DNA of 64,000 nt from Alphaproteobacteria bacterium (GTDB taxonomy: Bacteria; Pseudomonadota; Alphaproteobacteria; UBA2966): positions 1,248,001 through 1,312,000 of the forward strand of contig OZ219858.1 in the NCBI GenBank assembly GCA_964291395.2, in the 5' to 3' direction. A program made the translations under genes and the position numbers. The stretch's first letter is position 1. Each line of letters starts with the position of its first letter. Positions 52,111 through 62,539 of this stretch are shown in pieces. Under the pieces are notes generated by a model. That model did no database searches. It had not been told where the DNA came from and was given only the letters and a program-made list of their open reading frames with translations.

Positions 52111-53460
52111 CTACTGATGGATCGTTTCCAGCTCCCGCATGCGCCGCCGAAGGTATTCACGGCGCTCCTCCCCGTCGTAGGCATCGGCGTCCATCACGGC
52201 GCCAACGACCTGCCGCCCGAGTTCGCGCAAGAAATCGCGGTCGTCGCCGTTGCTCCGCGGCGGTATTCCGAGAACCGTGTCGTAGCAATGCGTGTGGATG
52301 GGCTTGCGAGACTCGCACTGACGCGTCAGCTCCGTACGCGGGTCGTATTCCCCTCGGACGGACCGGCGTAGCATACGGCGGAGCGTTGCGACACCCCGAT
52401 CGGTCGTACCGAGATGTTCGAGCGCATGAATGGCAATGGGGCGCTGTGATACCTGTGCTTCCCAGTCTCCGGGCTCCCGTTGCATTGCCTCGTGGCTTCG
52501 ATGACCCGTCTGGCCGAAAAAATCGACAGTGTCGACGCCGCACTGGTCTTCGCGGCCCAATCCCTGTGGATCGACTTCACCGTTGAAATGTCGGAAACCG
52601 AACATCCAGCAGTGGGTATCGTCCACCGGCACGATCCATTTGGTGAGGCTCACGCCCGTGAAGTACTTCACCTTCTCCGCCGTTTCCCAAAGCGCCGTCG
52701 TTTGCCCGAAGTTGGGAAGCATCGTGTGATTGCCCTTGATCCACACTAGATTTCCGATCCGCCGGCTGCCGATGTACACCATGCCGTTCGGCACATCCGC
52801 AAAGTCGAGCACGGGGACGGCTCCATAAGATTCGGTGAGCTGAACGTTGCTCATCCGAGTATGCAGAAAGGCCGCGTGGACCGGATCCATGACATTGTCA
52901 TGGACCTGCAACCAGTTGCAGGGATGCCAAATTGAGTACGGCACCAGCCGGTTGCCTGCGGGCTCGACGTAACAGTCGTATATGGGGAACGGCGGCAGGT
53001 CTTCAGGTGGACCCAGATAGGCAAAGACGAGGCCGTCATGCTCGCGCGCCGGATAGGCGCCATGACGAAACGAGTCCTTGAGGCGCGAGTCGGAAGGCTC
53101 GCCAGGAGTCTCGAGAATCGTGCCGTCGGTATCGAAGAGCCAGCCGTGATAACAGCAACGAATGCCCCGCTTCGACACGATGCCATATTCCAACGACGTG
53201 CCCCGATGGCTGCAGTGCCGATGGAGAAGTCCGATGCGACCCGTTCGGTCGCGAAATGCCACGAGATCCTCTCCCATGACGCGAATCGCCTTGGGCAGGT
53301 CGTTCAACTCCCGAGAAAGGCAGACCGGTTGCCAGAACTTACGCATGAGCTCGCCCATGGGTGTTCCCGGTCCGGTTTCCGTGAGCTCCGAGTCATGGGC
53401 CGGAACGTCGCCCATGAAATAGGCGCCGTAGGGCGTCCGAATGGATGCGGCTTCGGTCAT
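52111..53460 (-). CDS. Rieske non-heme iron oxygenase (phthalate dioxygenase/VanA-like alpha subunit)
   Basis: GPGTPMGELMRKFWQP, CSH...CCYHGW Rieske motif, DNVMDPVHAAFLH iron site. Confidence 0.9.
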   Translation of the reverse strand: MTEAASIRTPYGAYFMGDVPAHDSELTETGPGTPMGELMRKFWQPVCLSRELNDLPKAIRVMGEDLVAFRDRTGRIGLLHRHCSHRGTSLEYGIVSKRGIRCCYHGWLFDTDGTILETPGEPSDSRLKDSFRHGAYPAREHDGLVFAYLGPPEDLPPFPIYDCYVEPAGNRLVPYSIWHPCNWLQVHDNVMDPVHAAFLHTRMSNVQLTESYGAVPVLDFADVPNGMVYIGSRRIGNLVWIKGNHTMLPNFGQTTALWETAEKVKYFTGVSLTKWIVPVDDTHCWMFGFRHFNGEVDPQGLGREDQCGVDTVDFFGQTGHRSHEAMQREPGDWEAQVSQRPIAIHALEHLGTTDRGVATLRRMLRRSVRGEYDPRTELTRQCESRKPIHTHCYDTVLGIPPRSNGDDRDFLRELGRQVVGAVMDADAYDGEERREYLRRRMRELETIHQ

Positions 53461-53502
53461 CGGTCCAGCCGTTCGCCGAAGGTTACGACCGCGGCGAATA
53501 CA

Positions 53503-54282
53503 TTACGCTTTGGGTGGCATGACGTGGTTGAGGGCCAGCCGTCCTCCCTCCACATAGATGGTCTGACCCGTGATGTAGCTCGAATCGTCGCTCGCCAGGA
53601 ATAGCGCCGTGCCCGCAATATCTTCGGGTTGACCCATGCGGTGCAGCGGCGTTCGCGACATCACCCGGGCAAAGGACTCCTCATCGGAGAGGACCACCGC
53701 CGCCATGTCGGTTTCGATCGATCCGGGTCCGATGGCGTTGACCCGCACCCCCCGATGAGCCAGGCCGATGGCCATGGATTTGGTGAGACCGTTGACACCC
53801 GCCTTCGAGGCGACGTAGGCCGCCTGATTGCCGATTGCCATGACGGCCGTCACTGATGCGATATTGATGATACTGCCGGCTCCCCGCTTTACCATTTCCC
53901 GGGCCGCCGCCTGACACACGAAGAACGCACCTTTGAGGTTGATGCCGACGACCCGGTCCCACTCGGACTCCTCCGTTTCAAGCACGTCCGAACCGTCGAT
54001 TGGGATGACGCCGGCGCAATTCAGGGAAACGTCGAGCCCACCGTAGGTGTCGACGGCGGCCTGTACTAAGGCAGTCACCTGCTGCGGATCTCTGATGTCC
54101 GTGCGTTTGTACAGGGCTCTGCCGCCATCCGACTCGATTTCCGCGGCGACAACGGTTCCTTGATCGTCGATGACATCCGCGATCACCACCGCCGCGCCCT
54201 CGGCGGCGAACCGTTTGGCGCAGCCCCGGCCGATCCCCTTGCTGGCGCCCGTGATGATCGCAACTTTTCCCTGGAGTTTCAT
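53503..54282 (-). CDS. Short-chain dehydrogenase/reductase
   Basis: TGASKGIG, NCAG, YVASK, VNAIGPG. Confidence 0.92.
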   Translation of the reverse strand: MKLQGKVAIITGASKGIGRGCAKRFAAEGAAVVIADVIDDQGTVVAAEIESDGGRALYKRTDIRDPQQVTALVQAAVDTYGGLDVSLNCAGVIPIDGSDVLETEESEWDRVVGINLKGAFFVCQAAAREMVKRGAGSIINIASVTAVMAIGNQAAYVASKAGVNGLTKSMAIGLAHRGVRVNAIGPGSIETDMAAVVLSDEESFARVMSRTPLHRMGQPEDIAGTALFLASDDSSYITGQTIYVEGGRLALNHVMPPKA

Positions 54283-54321
54283 GCCCGTGCCTCTCCCGGA
54301 CCGGTCTGAGTTTCGGTGGAC

Positions 54322-55107
54322 CTATTCATCGAACGGCAAAACGATGTTCTGGATCAACCGCCCGCCGTCAACGAACATCGTGTGCCCCGTGAGATAGGCG
54401 GCGTCGTCGCTGGCCAGGAACAGTGCCGCGTTGGCGATCTCTTCCGGCTCGGCCAGCCGTCCAAGCGGCGTTCGCGCCAATACGCGCTTCATCGCGGCGC
54501 TTTTGCCGTCATATCCGAGAGCCGACTCGGAAAGCTCCGTCCGGACCGTTCCCGGCCCCACCGCATTCACTCGAATGCCCTTGTCCGCCAATGCAAGACC
54601 GATGCTTCGGGTCATCTGAAAGACCCCGGCCTTCGACGTGCAGTAACTCACCTGATCGGGCATGCCGACCATCGCCGTGACCGAGCAGATGTTGACGACG
54701 GATCCTTTGGTGCCGGCCGCGACCATGCGGCGAGCGGCGGCTTGGGTCATCAGGAACACACCTCGTAGATTGACGCGCAACACCTGATCGAAGGAAGCAA
54801 TATCCGTCTCGAGGAATCTCTCGTTGCGGATGATTCCGGCGTTGTTGACGAGAACATCAACACCGCCGAATTGCTCCGCCGCCGACGCAACGAGGTGCTC
54901 CGCCTCCGCGGGATCGCCGATGTCGGCCTGCACGAACGCGGCGCGATGCCCCGCGGCCTGAAGGTCGCCAACCGCTTTCTCTCCGAGCTTCGCATCGATC
55001 TCTCCGACGACGACGGAGGCGCCTTCCTCGGCGAACCGCTTCGCGGTCGCGAAACCGATTCCACGGCCACCACCCGTCACGATCACTGTCGCGTTCTCGA
55101 ACCTCAT
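54322..55107 (-). CDS. Short-chain dehydrogenase/reductase
   Basis: TGGGRGIG, NNAG, YCTSK, VNAVGPG. Confidence 0.92.
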   Translation of the reverse strand: MRFENATVIVTGGGRGIGFATAKRFAEEGASVVVGEIDAKLGEKAVGDLQAAGHRAAFVQADIGDPAEAEHLVASAAEQFGGVDVLVNNAGIIRNERFLETDIASFDQVLRVNLRGVFLMTQAAARRMVAAGTKGSVVNICSVTAMVGMPDQVSYCTSKAGVFQMTRSIGLALADKGIRVNAVGPGTVRTELSESALGYDGKSAAMKRVLARTPLGRLAEPEEIANAALFLASDDAAYLTGHTMFVDGGRLIQNIVLPFDE

Positions 55108-55144
55108 GGGTCCGCCACCTCCGATCTTTGCGTTGAACATAAAG

Positions 55145-55936
55145 TCATGCGGCCGGGAGTTCGTCGACCGGCATCACGTGGTTCAACGCCAGCCGGCCAC
55201 CGTCGGGATAGATGATCTGTCCCGTCATGTAGGAGGATTCGTCGCTCGCCAGGAACACCACCGATCCCGCGACATCCTCGGATTCACCGATGTACCCCAA
55301 CGGAATACGCGACAGCACGCGGCGATAGGCGGATTCGTTGACCAGAACGGCCTCGGCGACCGCGGTCTTGATGGTGCCGGGTCCGATCGCATTGACCCGA
55401 ATGCCGTGCTCCGCGAGCGCCAAGGCCATGGCCTTCGTCAGACCATGAATGCCGTGTTTGGATGACACGTAGGCTGCCTGATCGGGATTGGCGAGTGTCG
55501 ACAGCATCGACGCCGTGTTGACTATGCTGCCGGCGATGCCCTGGTCCACCATGTGCCGCGCCGTGGCCTGGGCCACGCGAAATGCCCCGAAGACATTGAT
55601 GTCCATGATGGTGCGCATCTCTTCCTCGGTCATCTCGAGGAAGGCTGTCCCGGGCCCGATGACCCCCGCGTTGTTGAACAGGATATCGACACCGCCCATG
55701 AAGTCGACGCCTGCGGCAATGAAGTTGTTGACCTGGCCGATGTCGGTGACGTCACACTCGACAAACGAGGCCTTCCCACCAGTATCTGTAAGCTCCCGAG
55801 CGGCGGCTTGTCCTTCGTCAACGAGAATGTCTCCGAGCACGACGACCGCGCCTTCGGCCACGAACCGCCGGGCGCTGGCAAGACCGATGCCCCGCCCGCC
55901 CCCGGTGATCAGCGCCCGTTTTCCTTCCAATCGCAT
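55145..55936 (-). CDS. Short-chain dehydrogenase/reductase
   Basis: TGGGRGIG, NNAG, YVSSK, VNAIGPG. Confidence 0.92.
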   Translation of the reverse strand: MRLEGKRALITGGGRGIGLASARRFVAEGAVVVLGDILVDEGQAAARELTDTGGKASFVECDVTDIGQVNNFIAAGVDFMGGVDILFNNAGVIGPGTAFLEMTEEEMRTIMDINVFGAFRVAQATARHMVDQGIAGSIVNTASMLSTLANPDQAAYVSSKHGIHGLTKAMALALAEHGIRVNAIGPGTIKTAVAEAVLVNESAYRRVLSRIPLGYIGESEDVAGSVVFLASDESSYMTGQIIYPDGGRLALNHVMPVDELPAA

Positions 55937-56029
55937 GACCTTTCCTTTCTCCAAGCCACCAGAGCATCGCAATTGACGTCGCGGATCGATCGGGCGGTAA
56001 CCGAGATGAGTGCCGGATCGTCTCCCGCG

Positions 56030-57940
56030 TCAGGAAGACGCGCCGTGACGGGTGTAACCGATTCCCCGCAGCGCTTCTTCGATTTCCCCGAGGATGGCGG
56101 GGTCGTCGATCGTGGCCGGCATCTTATATTCCTCTCCGTCCGCAATCCGGCGCATCGTTCCCCGGAGAATCTTGCCCGACCGCGTCTTGGGCAGGCGCTC
56201 GACGACGGTGGCCTCCTTGAACGACGCCACCGGCCCGATGCGATCGCGGACAAGCTGAACGACTTCGACGACAATCTCCTCGTGCGGCCGGTTGACACCC
56301 GCCTTGAGCACGAGAAGACCGACGGGAATCTGACCCTTGAGCTTATCGTGAACACCGACCACCGCGCACTCGGCGACGTCCTGGTGACTTGCCAGCACTT
56401 CTTCCATGCCGCCCGTGGACAGGCGATGGCCGGCCACGTTGATGATGTCGTCCGTGCGGCTCATGATGTAGAGGTAACCATCCTCGTCCTGGTAGCCCGC
56501 GTCTCCCGTCTCGTAGTAGCCGGGAAAGTCCTCGAGATAGGAAGACAGATACCCCTCGTCGTTGTTCCAGAGGGTCGGCAGGCAGCCGGGCGGCATCGGC
56601 AGCTTGATGACGATCGCGCCGGTCGCGCCTGCCGCGACCTCCTTGGCGCCGTCGTCCACGACGCGCACGTCGAAACCGGGCGCCGGTTTCGACACCGAAC
56701 CGTGCTTCACCGGCAACAGGCCGAGACCCGCATAGTTTCCGCCGATCATCCATCCGGTCTCCGTCTGCCACCAATGATCGACGACGGGGACTCCAAGCCG
56801 GTTCTCGGCCCATTCCAAGGTGTCGGCATCGGATCTTTCCCCAGCCAGGAACAACGTCCGGAAACTACCGAGATCGTACTTGCCGATCAGCTTGCCGTCC
56901 GGATCGTCGCGCTTGATCGCCCGGAACGCCGTCGGCGCCGTGAACAGCACCGAACACTTGTGCTCGGAAATAATGCGCCAGTAGACGCCCGCGTCGGGCG
57001 TGCCCACGGGCTTCCCCTCGAAGAGGATGGAGGCGCACCCGTGGATCAGCGGCGCGTAAACGATGTACGAGTGGCCGACGGTCCAACCGAGGTCGGAGGC
57101 GGCCCAGTACACTTCACCGGGCTCGACCCCGTAGACGTTCGGCATGCTCCAGGCCAACGCCACGAGGTGTCCGCCGTTGTCGCGCACCACTCCCTTGGGC
57201 ACGCCGGTCGTGCCGGACGTGTAGAGAATGTACAGAGGGTCGGTCGCCCGGACCGGCACGCAATCCACCGGTTCCGCCTCATCCATCGCCTCCTTCCAAT
57301 CGATGTCGCGCCCCGGAATGAGGTCAGTGGCATGTTGCTTGCGCTGCAAGATGATACAGGTGTCGGGCTTATGCCGCGCGATTTCGATGGCTTCGTCGAC
57401 CATGGGCTTGTATTCGACGATCCTGCCGGGCTCGACACCGCAACTCGTGGCGACGATCATTTTCGGCTTGGCGTCGTCGATGCGCGTTGCCAACTCGTTC
57501 GCGGCGAATCCACCGAATACGACGGAATGCACGGCGCCGATCCGTGCGCACGCCAGCATGGCGACGGCGGCCTGCGGCACCATGGACATGTAGATGATGA
57601 CGCGATCGCCCTTCTCGATTCCGTGTCGGCGGAGAACACCGGCGAAGCGGGCGATTTTGTCCTGAAGCTCGGCGTAGGTGAAAATCCTCTTCGAGTCCGT
57701 GATGGGGCTGTCGTAGATGAGCGCTGGTTGATCGCCGCGCCCATTCTCCACATGGCGGTCGATGCAGTTGTAACAGGTGTTGGTCTCACCCCCGACAAAC
57801 CAGCGGTAAAATGGCTCGTTCGAGGAATCGAGGACGATGTCCCACTTCTTGTACCAATGCACAGCCTCCGCCGCGGCGGCCCAGAATCCCTCGGGGTCGG
57901 ACTGCCATTCCGCATAGACTTCATCGTACCTGCTGGTCAT
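56030..57940 (-). CDS. prpE: Propionyl-CoA synthetase
   Basis: YTSGTTGVPKGVVRDNGGH, DHWWQTETG, SRTDDIINVAGHRLS, LPKTRSGKILR. Confidence 0.9.
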   Translation of the reverse strand: MTSRYDEVYAEWQSDPEGFWAAAAEAVHWYKKWDIVLDSSNEPFYRWFVGGETNTCYNCIDRHVENGRGDQPALIYDSPITDSKRIFTYAELQDKIARFAGVLRRHGIEKGDRVIIYMSMVPQAAVAMLACARIGAVHSVVFGGFAANELATRIDDAKPKMIVATSCGVEPGRIVEYKPMVDEAIEIARHKPDTCIILQRKQHATDLIPGRDIDWKEAMDEAEPVDCVPVRATDPLYILYTSGTTGVPKGVVRDNGGHLVALAWSMPNVYGVEPGEVYWAASDLGWTVGHSYIVYAPLIHGCASILFEGKPVGTPDAGVYWRIISEHKCSVLFTAPTAFRAIKRDDPDGKLIGKYDLGSFRTLFLAGERSDADTLEWAENRLGVPVVDHWWQTETGWMIGGNYAGLGLLPVKHGSVSKPAPGFDVRVVDDGAKEVAAGATGAIVIKLPMPPGCLPTLWNNDEGYLSSYLEDFPGYYETGDAGYQDEDGYLYIMSRTDDIINVAGHRLSTGGMEEVLASHQDVAECAVVGVHDKLKGQIPVGLLVLKAGVNRPHEEIVVEVVQLVRDRIGPVASFKEATVVERLPKTRSGKILRGTMRRIADGEEYKMPATIDDPAILGEIEEALRGIGYTRHGASS

Positions 57941-58201
57941 CGGTGGTCCTCTCTTGCGCTTGACGGTTGCGTGCCGAGTCAAAGGATGCGCATTCAATCG
58001 CGCCGAGTCGAGAGGCGGTGGTGTCGGTGCCAGACCGAGTTCAGACAGATATGAGACGCGGCACTTTGCGGATGCTGCCCAGTCTTGGAACTGGCGGCGG
58101 TCGGCACCAAACTCACGAACCGGCTTGCAGTGGGTAGGTTGGCCGGCATCGCGAATGTCTCGAAAGATCCTTCTCTTGAATCCGTCGGGCCCGCTCCCAT
58201 A

Positions 58202-58218
58202 TTTAGAATGATTCTAAA
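58202..58218. promoter_or_regulatory. Iron control element (Irr box) upstream of dps
   Basis: TTTAGAA-TGA-TTCTAAA, exact match to ICE consensus TTTAGAA-N3-TTCTAAA, just before the AGGAGG RBS. Confidence 0.8.
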
Positions 58219-58236
58219 ATCAAGGAGGGCTCCACA

Positions 58237-58731
58237 ATGTCGCAGACATTGCATCCCACGAAGATCGACATCGCCGATAACACGCGCTCCGTGATGATCG
58301 ACATCCTCAATGCACGACTGGCCGATTCAATAGATCTGGCAAGTCAGATGAAACAGGCCCACTGGAATGTCAAGGGACCGACGTTCATCGCGCTGCACGA
58401 GTTGTTCGACAACATCCATGATGCCGTTCAGGGTCATATTGACGATATCGCGGAGCGTATTGCCGCGCTGGGCGGTACGGCACGGGGCACCGCAGCCGTG
58501 GCGGCGGGCGCTTCGGTTCTTCCCGCCTATCCGCTGGATGTACACTCCGGCAGCGAACATGTGGAAGCGGTAAGTACTGCCCTGGCGGTCTTCGGCAAGA
58601 ATGTTCGTGAAGCCATCGTGGAGGCCGGAGAGGTCGGCGATGCGAACACCGAGGACCTGTTTGTTGGCGTTTCCCGCGATATCGACAAGAACTTGTGGCT
58701 GGTCGAGGCACACGCCCAGGCGGTGCACTGA
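58237..58731 (+). CDS. dps: DNA starvation/stationary phase protection protein Dps
   Basis: KQAHWNVKGP.F..LHELFD, DDIAERI, DK.LW..E. Confidence 0.95.
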   Translation: MSQTLHPTKIDIADNTRSVMIDILNARLADSIDLASQMKQAHWNVKGPTFIALHELFDNIHDAVQGHIDDIAERIAALGGTARGTAAVAAGASVLPAYPLDVHSGSEHVEAVSTALAVFGKNVREAIVEAGEVGDANTEDLFVGVSRDIDKNLWLVEAHAQAVH

Positions 58732-59028
58732 GCCGGGATGTCCGTCTTGAAATCCGACCAACCGTCCCGCCTGTCCCGACCACCGACCGCCCCGCCGTCC
58801 GGCGCTTCGCAGTGCCGATCTCTGGAATCTCAGATGCGGAAAATCAATGGGTTGATATCCTCCTGACCCCCGAGTTGCAGAAGTTGGGCTAAGCCCCTGC
58901 GTCAGCATCCAATGCCCGCCGCGGGCGCAGCTTCACGACAGCCTCGGTCTCACGGCATTGATCGATTGAGCTTCGATGACCTAAGACTCGATGCATCCCG
59001 ACGGTATCTTGTTTCAGGGAACGGAACC

Positions 59029-60663
59029 ATGACCGCGAAGTCGATCTACGAGGCGCATCTGGATCAGTCGTCCGCCAACCATCAAGCGCTATCGCCGTTG
59101 AGCTTCATCGAGCGCACTGCGGCCGTCTATCCGGATCGGGTCGCCATTATTCACGGAGAGGCGCGCCGCACGTGGGCGGAGACTTTTGCGCGCTGCCGCA
59201 GGCTCGCCTCCGCGCTGTCGAAGTGGGGAATCGGTCATGCGGATACCGTCGCCGTCATGGGTGCCAACACGCCGGAGCTCTACGAATGCCACTTTGGCGT
59301 GCCGGCCGTTGGCGCCGTCCTCAATGCTCTCAACGTGCGTTTGGATGCCGATACCATCGCCTTTATTCTCGATCACGGCGAAGCCAAGGTATTGATCACC
59401 GACTCGGAGTTCTCTGACACAATCAAACAGGCACTGGCCAAGACCAAGGCTCGTCCCATCGTCGTCGATATCGCCGATGCACTGGCGGAAACTGCCGGGG
59501 ATCGGTTGGGCGAGACGGACTACGAGGCATTGCTCGAGGTAGGGGATGGGGATTTCGATTGGCAGCCGCCCGCCGACGAATGGCAAGCGATCTGCCTCAA
59601 CTACACGTCTGGAACGACGGGCAATCCCAAGGGCGTCGTCTATCATCATCGAGGCGCCTACCTGAACGCTTTGGGGAACGTTCTGGCATGGTCCATGCCG
59701 CGTCACCCGGTATACCTGTGGACACTGCCGATGTTCCATTGCAACGGCTGGTGCTTCCCCTGGACCCTCGCGGCCATGGCCGGCACGAGCGTCTGTTCTC
59801 GCCGGGTCACCGCCGCCGACATATACGCCGCGATCGCCGATCACGGCGTGACCCACCTCTGCGGCGCGCCCATCGTGATGAACTTCATCGTCAACGCCGC
59901 CGACCATGAGCGCCGATCGTTCGATCACCAAGTCAACATGATGACCGCGGGCGCACCGCCTCCGGCCGCGCTCCTCGAGTCCATGCAGGAGATCGGATTT
60001 GACGTGACGCACGTTTACGGCTTGACCGAGACTTATGGTCCGGCCGTCGTCTGTGATTGGCACGAGGAGTGGAACGCGCTCGGCGCCGTCGAACAGGCCG
60101 AGCGCAAATCGCGCCAGGGCGTTCGCTATCCTGTGCTCCAGGACCTCGCCGTCATGGATCCCGCGACCATGACCGAAGTTCCTGCCGATGGCGAGACGAT
60201 GGGCGAGGTGATGTTCCGGGGGAATATCGTCATGAAAGGGTATCTCAAGAATCCTACGGCCACCGAAGAGGCTCTGGGAGACGGGTGGTTCCATTCGGGC
60301 GACCTCGGCGTGCGGCACCCGGACGATTACATTCAGCTCAAGGACCGCTCCAAAGACATCATCATTTCCGGGGGCGAAAACATCTCATCCATCGAGGTCG
60401 AAGACACGATCTTCCGGCACCCAGCGGTATTGAATGTCGCGGTGGTGGCCAAACCCGACGATAAATGGGGGGAGACGCCGTGCGCCTTCGTCGAGCTGAA
60501 AAGGGACCCGGACACGGTCACCGAAGGTGACATCATCGCCTTCTGCCGGGACAATCTCGCCCACTTCAAATGCCCACGATATGTGGTTTTCGGGGAATTG
60601 CCGAAGACCTCGACCGGAAAGATTCAGAAGTTCATCCTCCGCGAGAACGCGAAGTTCATTTGA
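59029..60663 (+). CDS. Medium/short-chain acyl-CoA synthetase (AMP-forming)
   Basis: YTSGTTGNPKG, LPMFHCNGW, YGLTE, DRSKDIIISGGENI, PKTSTGKIQK. Confidence 0.92.
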   Translation: MTAKSIYEAHLDQSSANHQALSPLSFIERTAAVYPDRVAIIHGEARRTWAETFARCRRLASALSKWGIGHADTVAVMGANTPELYECHFGVPAVGAVLNALNVRLDADTIAFILDHGEAKVLITDSEFSDTIKQALAKTKARPIVVDIADALAETAGDRLGETDYEALLEVGDGDFDWQPPADEWQAICLNYTSGTTGNPKGVVYHHRGAYLNALGNVLAWSMPRHPVYLWTLPMFHCNGWCFPWTLAAMAGTSVCSRRVTAADIYAAIADHGVTHLCGAPIVMNFIVNAADHERRSFDHQVNMMTAGAPPPAALLESMQEIGFDVTHVYGLTETYGPAVVCDWHEEWNALGAVEQAERKSRQGVRYPVLQDLAVMDPATMTEVPADGETMGEVMFRGNIVMKGYLKNPTATEEALGDGWFHSGDLGVRHPDDYIQLKDRSKDIIISGGENISSIEVEDTIFRHPAVLNVAVVAKPDDKWGETPCAFVELKRDPDTVTEGDIIAFCRDNLAHFKCPRYVVFGELPKTSTGKIQKFILRENAKFI

Positions 60664-60687
60664 CCCGGATGCGGCGGCAACCCGGGC

Positions 60688-60713
60688 GGCCGTCCCGCCG
60701 CGGCGGGACGGCC
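60688..60713. terminator. Perfect 26-bp palindrome between convergent genes
   Basis: GGCCGTCCCGCCG|CGGCGGGACGGCC. Confidence 0.6.
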
Positions 60714-60722
60714 CAAGAGTCT

Positions 60723-60893
60723 TCAGTGCTCCGCGCCGAGCCGCGCGATCTCGTCCTTGATCCGGAGCTTTTGGCGCTTGAGATCCGACAACACCGCCGA
60801 GTCAGGCATGGGTCGCCGGTTCTCTTCCTTGATGGCTTCTTCAAGGTCGTGGTGCATTTGCCGTAGCGACTCCATACGCGCTTCGACATTCAT
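60723..60893 (-). CDS. YdcH/DUF465-family small protein
   Basis: HHDLEEAI...RPMPD...LKRQKLRIKDEI. Confidence 0.85.
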   Translation of the reverse strand: MNVEARMESLRQMHHDLEEAIKEENRRPMPDSAVLSDLKRQKLRIKDEIARLGAEH

Positions 60894-60979
60894 ATGGCAT
60901 GTCCTCCTAGCGTGACCAATGGCCGGCATTTAAGCATAGGCAGGGTCCGGCGTCAGCGACGGGTTGAACTTCGGAATGA

Positions 60980-61549
60980 TCAGGTTTCGAAGCGGGACAA
61001 GATCGCGATCTTATCCGCAGGGACGTCAGGATAGGCTGCCGAAAGCAGTGTCGCGGCCCATGCCTGCTCCTCCGCCGACGATCTTACCTTGAGAAGGGAC
61101 AGGTATTGAGCCAAATTCTCGGCGGCGTCCATGGCCGCAGCTTCCGATGGCATGCTCTGATCGTCTTCCACGGGAACACCGTCCGCCAGAAACAACTGTT
61201 CAGCGTGCTCGGCGTCAAGTTCCGCCCGCTTAATGGTCGCGCGCACGAGTTCGGCATGGTCCTTGGATACCGGAGGCGTCCATTCCTTCAGCAGATCCCG
61301 GAGTCCGCGGAGCGGCAAGATGACCTGATCGCGCCACGAGGCTATCTGTTCCAATAGCTCGGCAAGGCGGGCTCGCGTGAGACGCCCGCCCCTCCGCTGA
61401 GCAATCCACAAGCAATAGAGCAGAACGTTCACGTCGGCGCCGTGGCGCTCCTGAAGCTTGAGACAAGCTTCGGCGACGCCCGCCTTGGCGTAAGTATGTA
61501 TGGAGAAATCCCAGAACGGATTGTCGGGAAACGACAAATCCACCCCCAA
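60980..61549 (-). CDS. TIGR02444/DUF2390-family protein
   Basis: FWDFS..Y, CLKLQERHGADVN, W...VILPLR, ELDAE. Confidence 0.85.
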   Translation of the reverse strand: MGVDLSFPDNPFWDFSIHTYAKAGVAEACLKLQERHGADVNVLLYCLWIAQRRGGRLTRARLAELLEQIASWRDQVILPLRGLRDLLKEWTPPVSKDHAELVRATIKRAELDAEHAEQLFLADGVPVEDDQSMPSEAAAMDAAENLAQYLSLLKVRSSAEEQAWAATLLSAAYPDVPADKIAILSRFET

Positions 61550-61645
61550 CTCTTCCGTTCGGCGCCCATCTTCGGGAAACGCGACCGAACTCCAATTTCT
61601 GCTATTCTAACGTGGAATAACGTCTCCTGGTCCGGTGGAGCGGGA

Positions 61646-61852
61646 ATGGACGACCGGGACCTCGCCGAACTCAAGCACAAGCTGGAAGACTTGCGGACGG
61701 CACACCGCGACCTCGACGACAGCATCGAGGCGCTTGTCAAAGCGGGAAGCCGCGATCAGCTACAACTGCAGAGACTGAAAAAACGGAAACTGGCGCTCAA
61801 GGACGACATAGCACGCCTCGAAAACGCGCTGGTACCTGACATTATCGCTTGA
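61646..61852 (+). CDS. YdcH/DUF465-family small protein
   Basis: HRDLDDSI...QRLKKRKLALKD...PDIIA. Confidence 0.88.
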   Translation: MDDRDLAELKHKLEDLRTAHRDLDDSIEALVKAGSRDQLQLQRLKKRKLALKDDIARLENALVPDIIA

Positions 61853-62037
61853 GCGTCCTCGAGCAGGAGGTCCTGTTCGCACCTGCCCAAGCGGCTCGTG
61901 CGCAAGGCTCGCGTGACGACCCCCAGACCGGATTATCCGGGACTGTCTGAAGCCGATATCCTCTGGCCAGCGTCACATTCTTGCGCCGTTTCGGGGTACC
62001 CCGCTACATTCCGCACGCGCAATGCAGGGAGAGATGA

Positions 62038-62526
62038 ATGGCACAAGGTAATCCGATCGTAGGCATTCTGATGGGCAGCCAGTCAGATTGGGCGACGATG
62101 AAAAACGCTGCCGATACATTGGAAAAGCTCGGAATTCCGTACGAAGCCCAGGTGATTTCGGCCCACCGGAATCCAGACCGGCTCGATGATTATTGTGCGA
62201 CGGCCCAGGAGCGGGGTCTCAAGGTCATCATCGGGGGCGCGGGTATGGCAGCCGCGCTACCGGGGGTGATCGCCGCGAAGACACCACTGCCGGTTCTCGG
62301 CGTACCCATGGAGAGCAAGCTCAACGGTCTCGACAGCCTGCTATCGATGACGCAGATGCCTGCGGGCGTTCCCGTCGGCACGCTGGCGGTCGGGCGCGCG
62401 GGCGCGGTGAACGCAGCGCTGTTCACCGCGGCGATCCTCGCCCTGAGTGACGGGACGATCGCCCAAGCGCTGAAGGATTTCCGCACCGAACAATCGGCGG
62501 CAACCGTAGAACTGCCCAAGGACTAA
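62038..62526 (+). CDS. purE: PurE (N5-CAIR mutase / AIR carboxylase family)
   Basis: [35 protein letters not shown]. Confidence 0.95.
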   Translation: MAQGNPIVGILMGSQSDWATMKNAADTLEKLGIPYEAQVISAHRNPDRLDDYCATAQERGLKVIIGGAGMAAALPGVIAAKTPLPVLGVPMESKLNGLDSLLSMTQMPAGVPVGTLAVGRAGAVNAALFTAAILALSDGTIAQALKDFRTEQSAATVELPKD

Positions 62527-62539
62527 AAGGTACCCGGAA

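Noticed and set aside
55553-58054. 833-aa plus-strand ORF
   Set aside because: Antisense shadow of prpE and an SDR; long stop-free antisense frames are common in high-GC genes; no motifs
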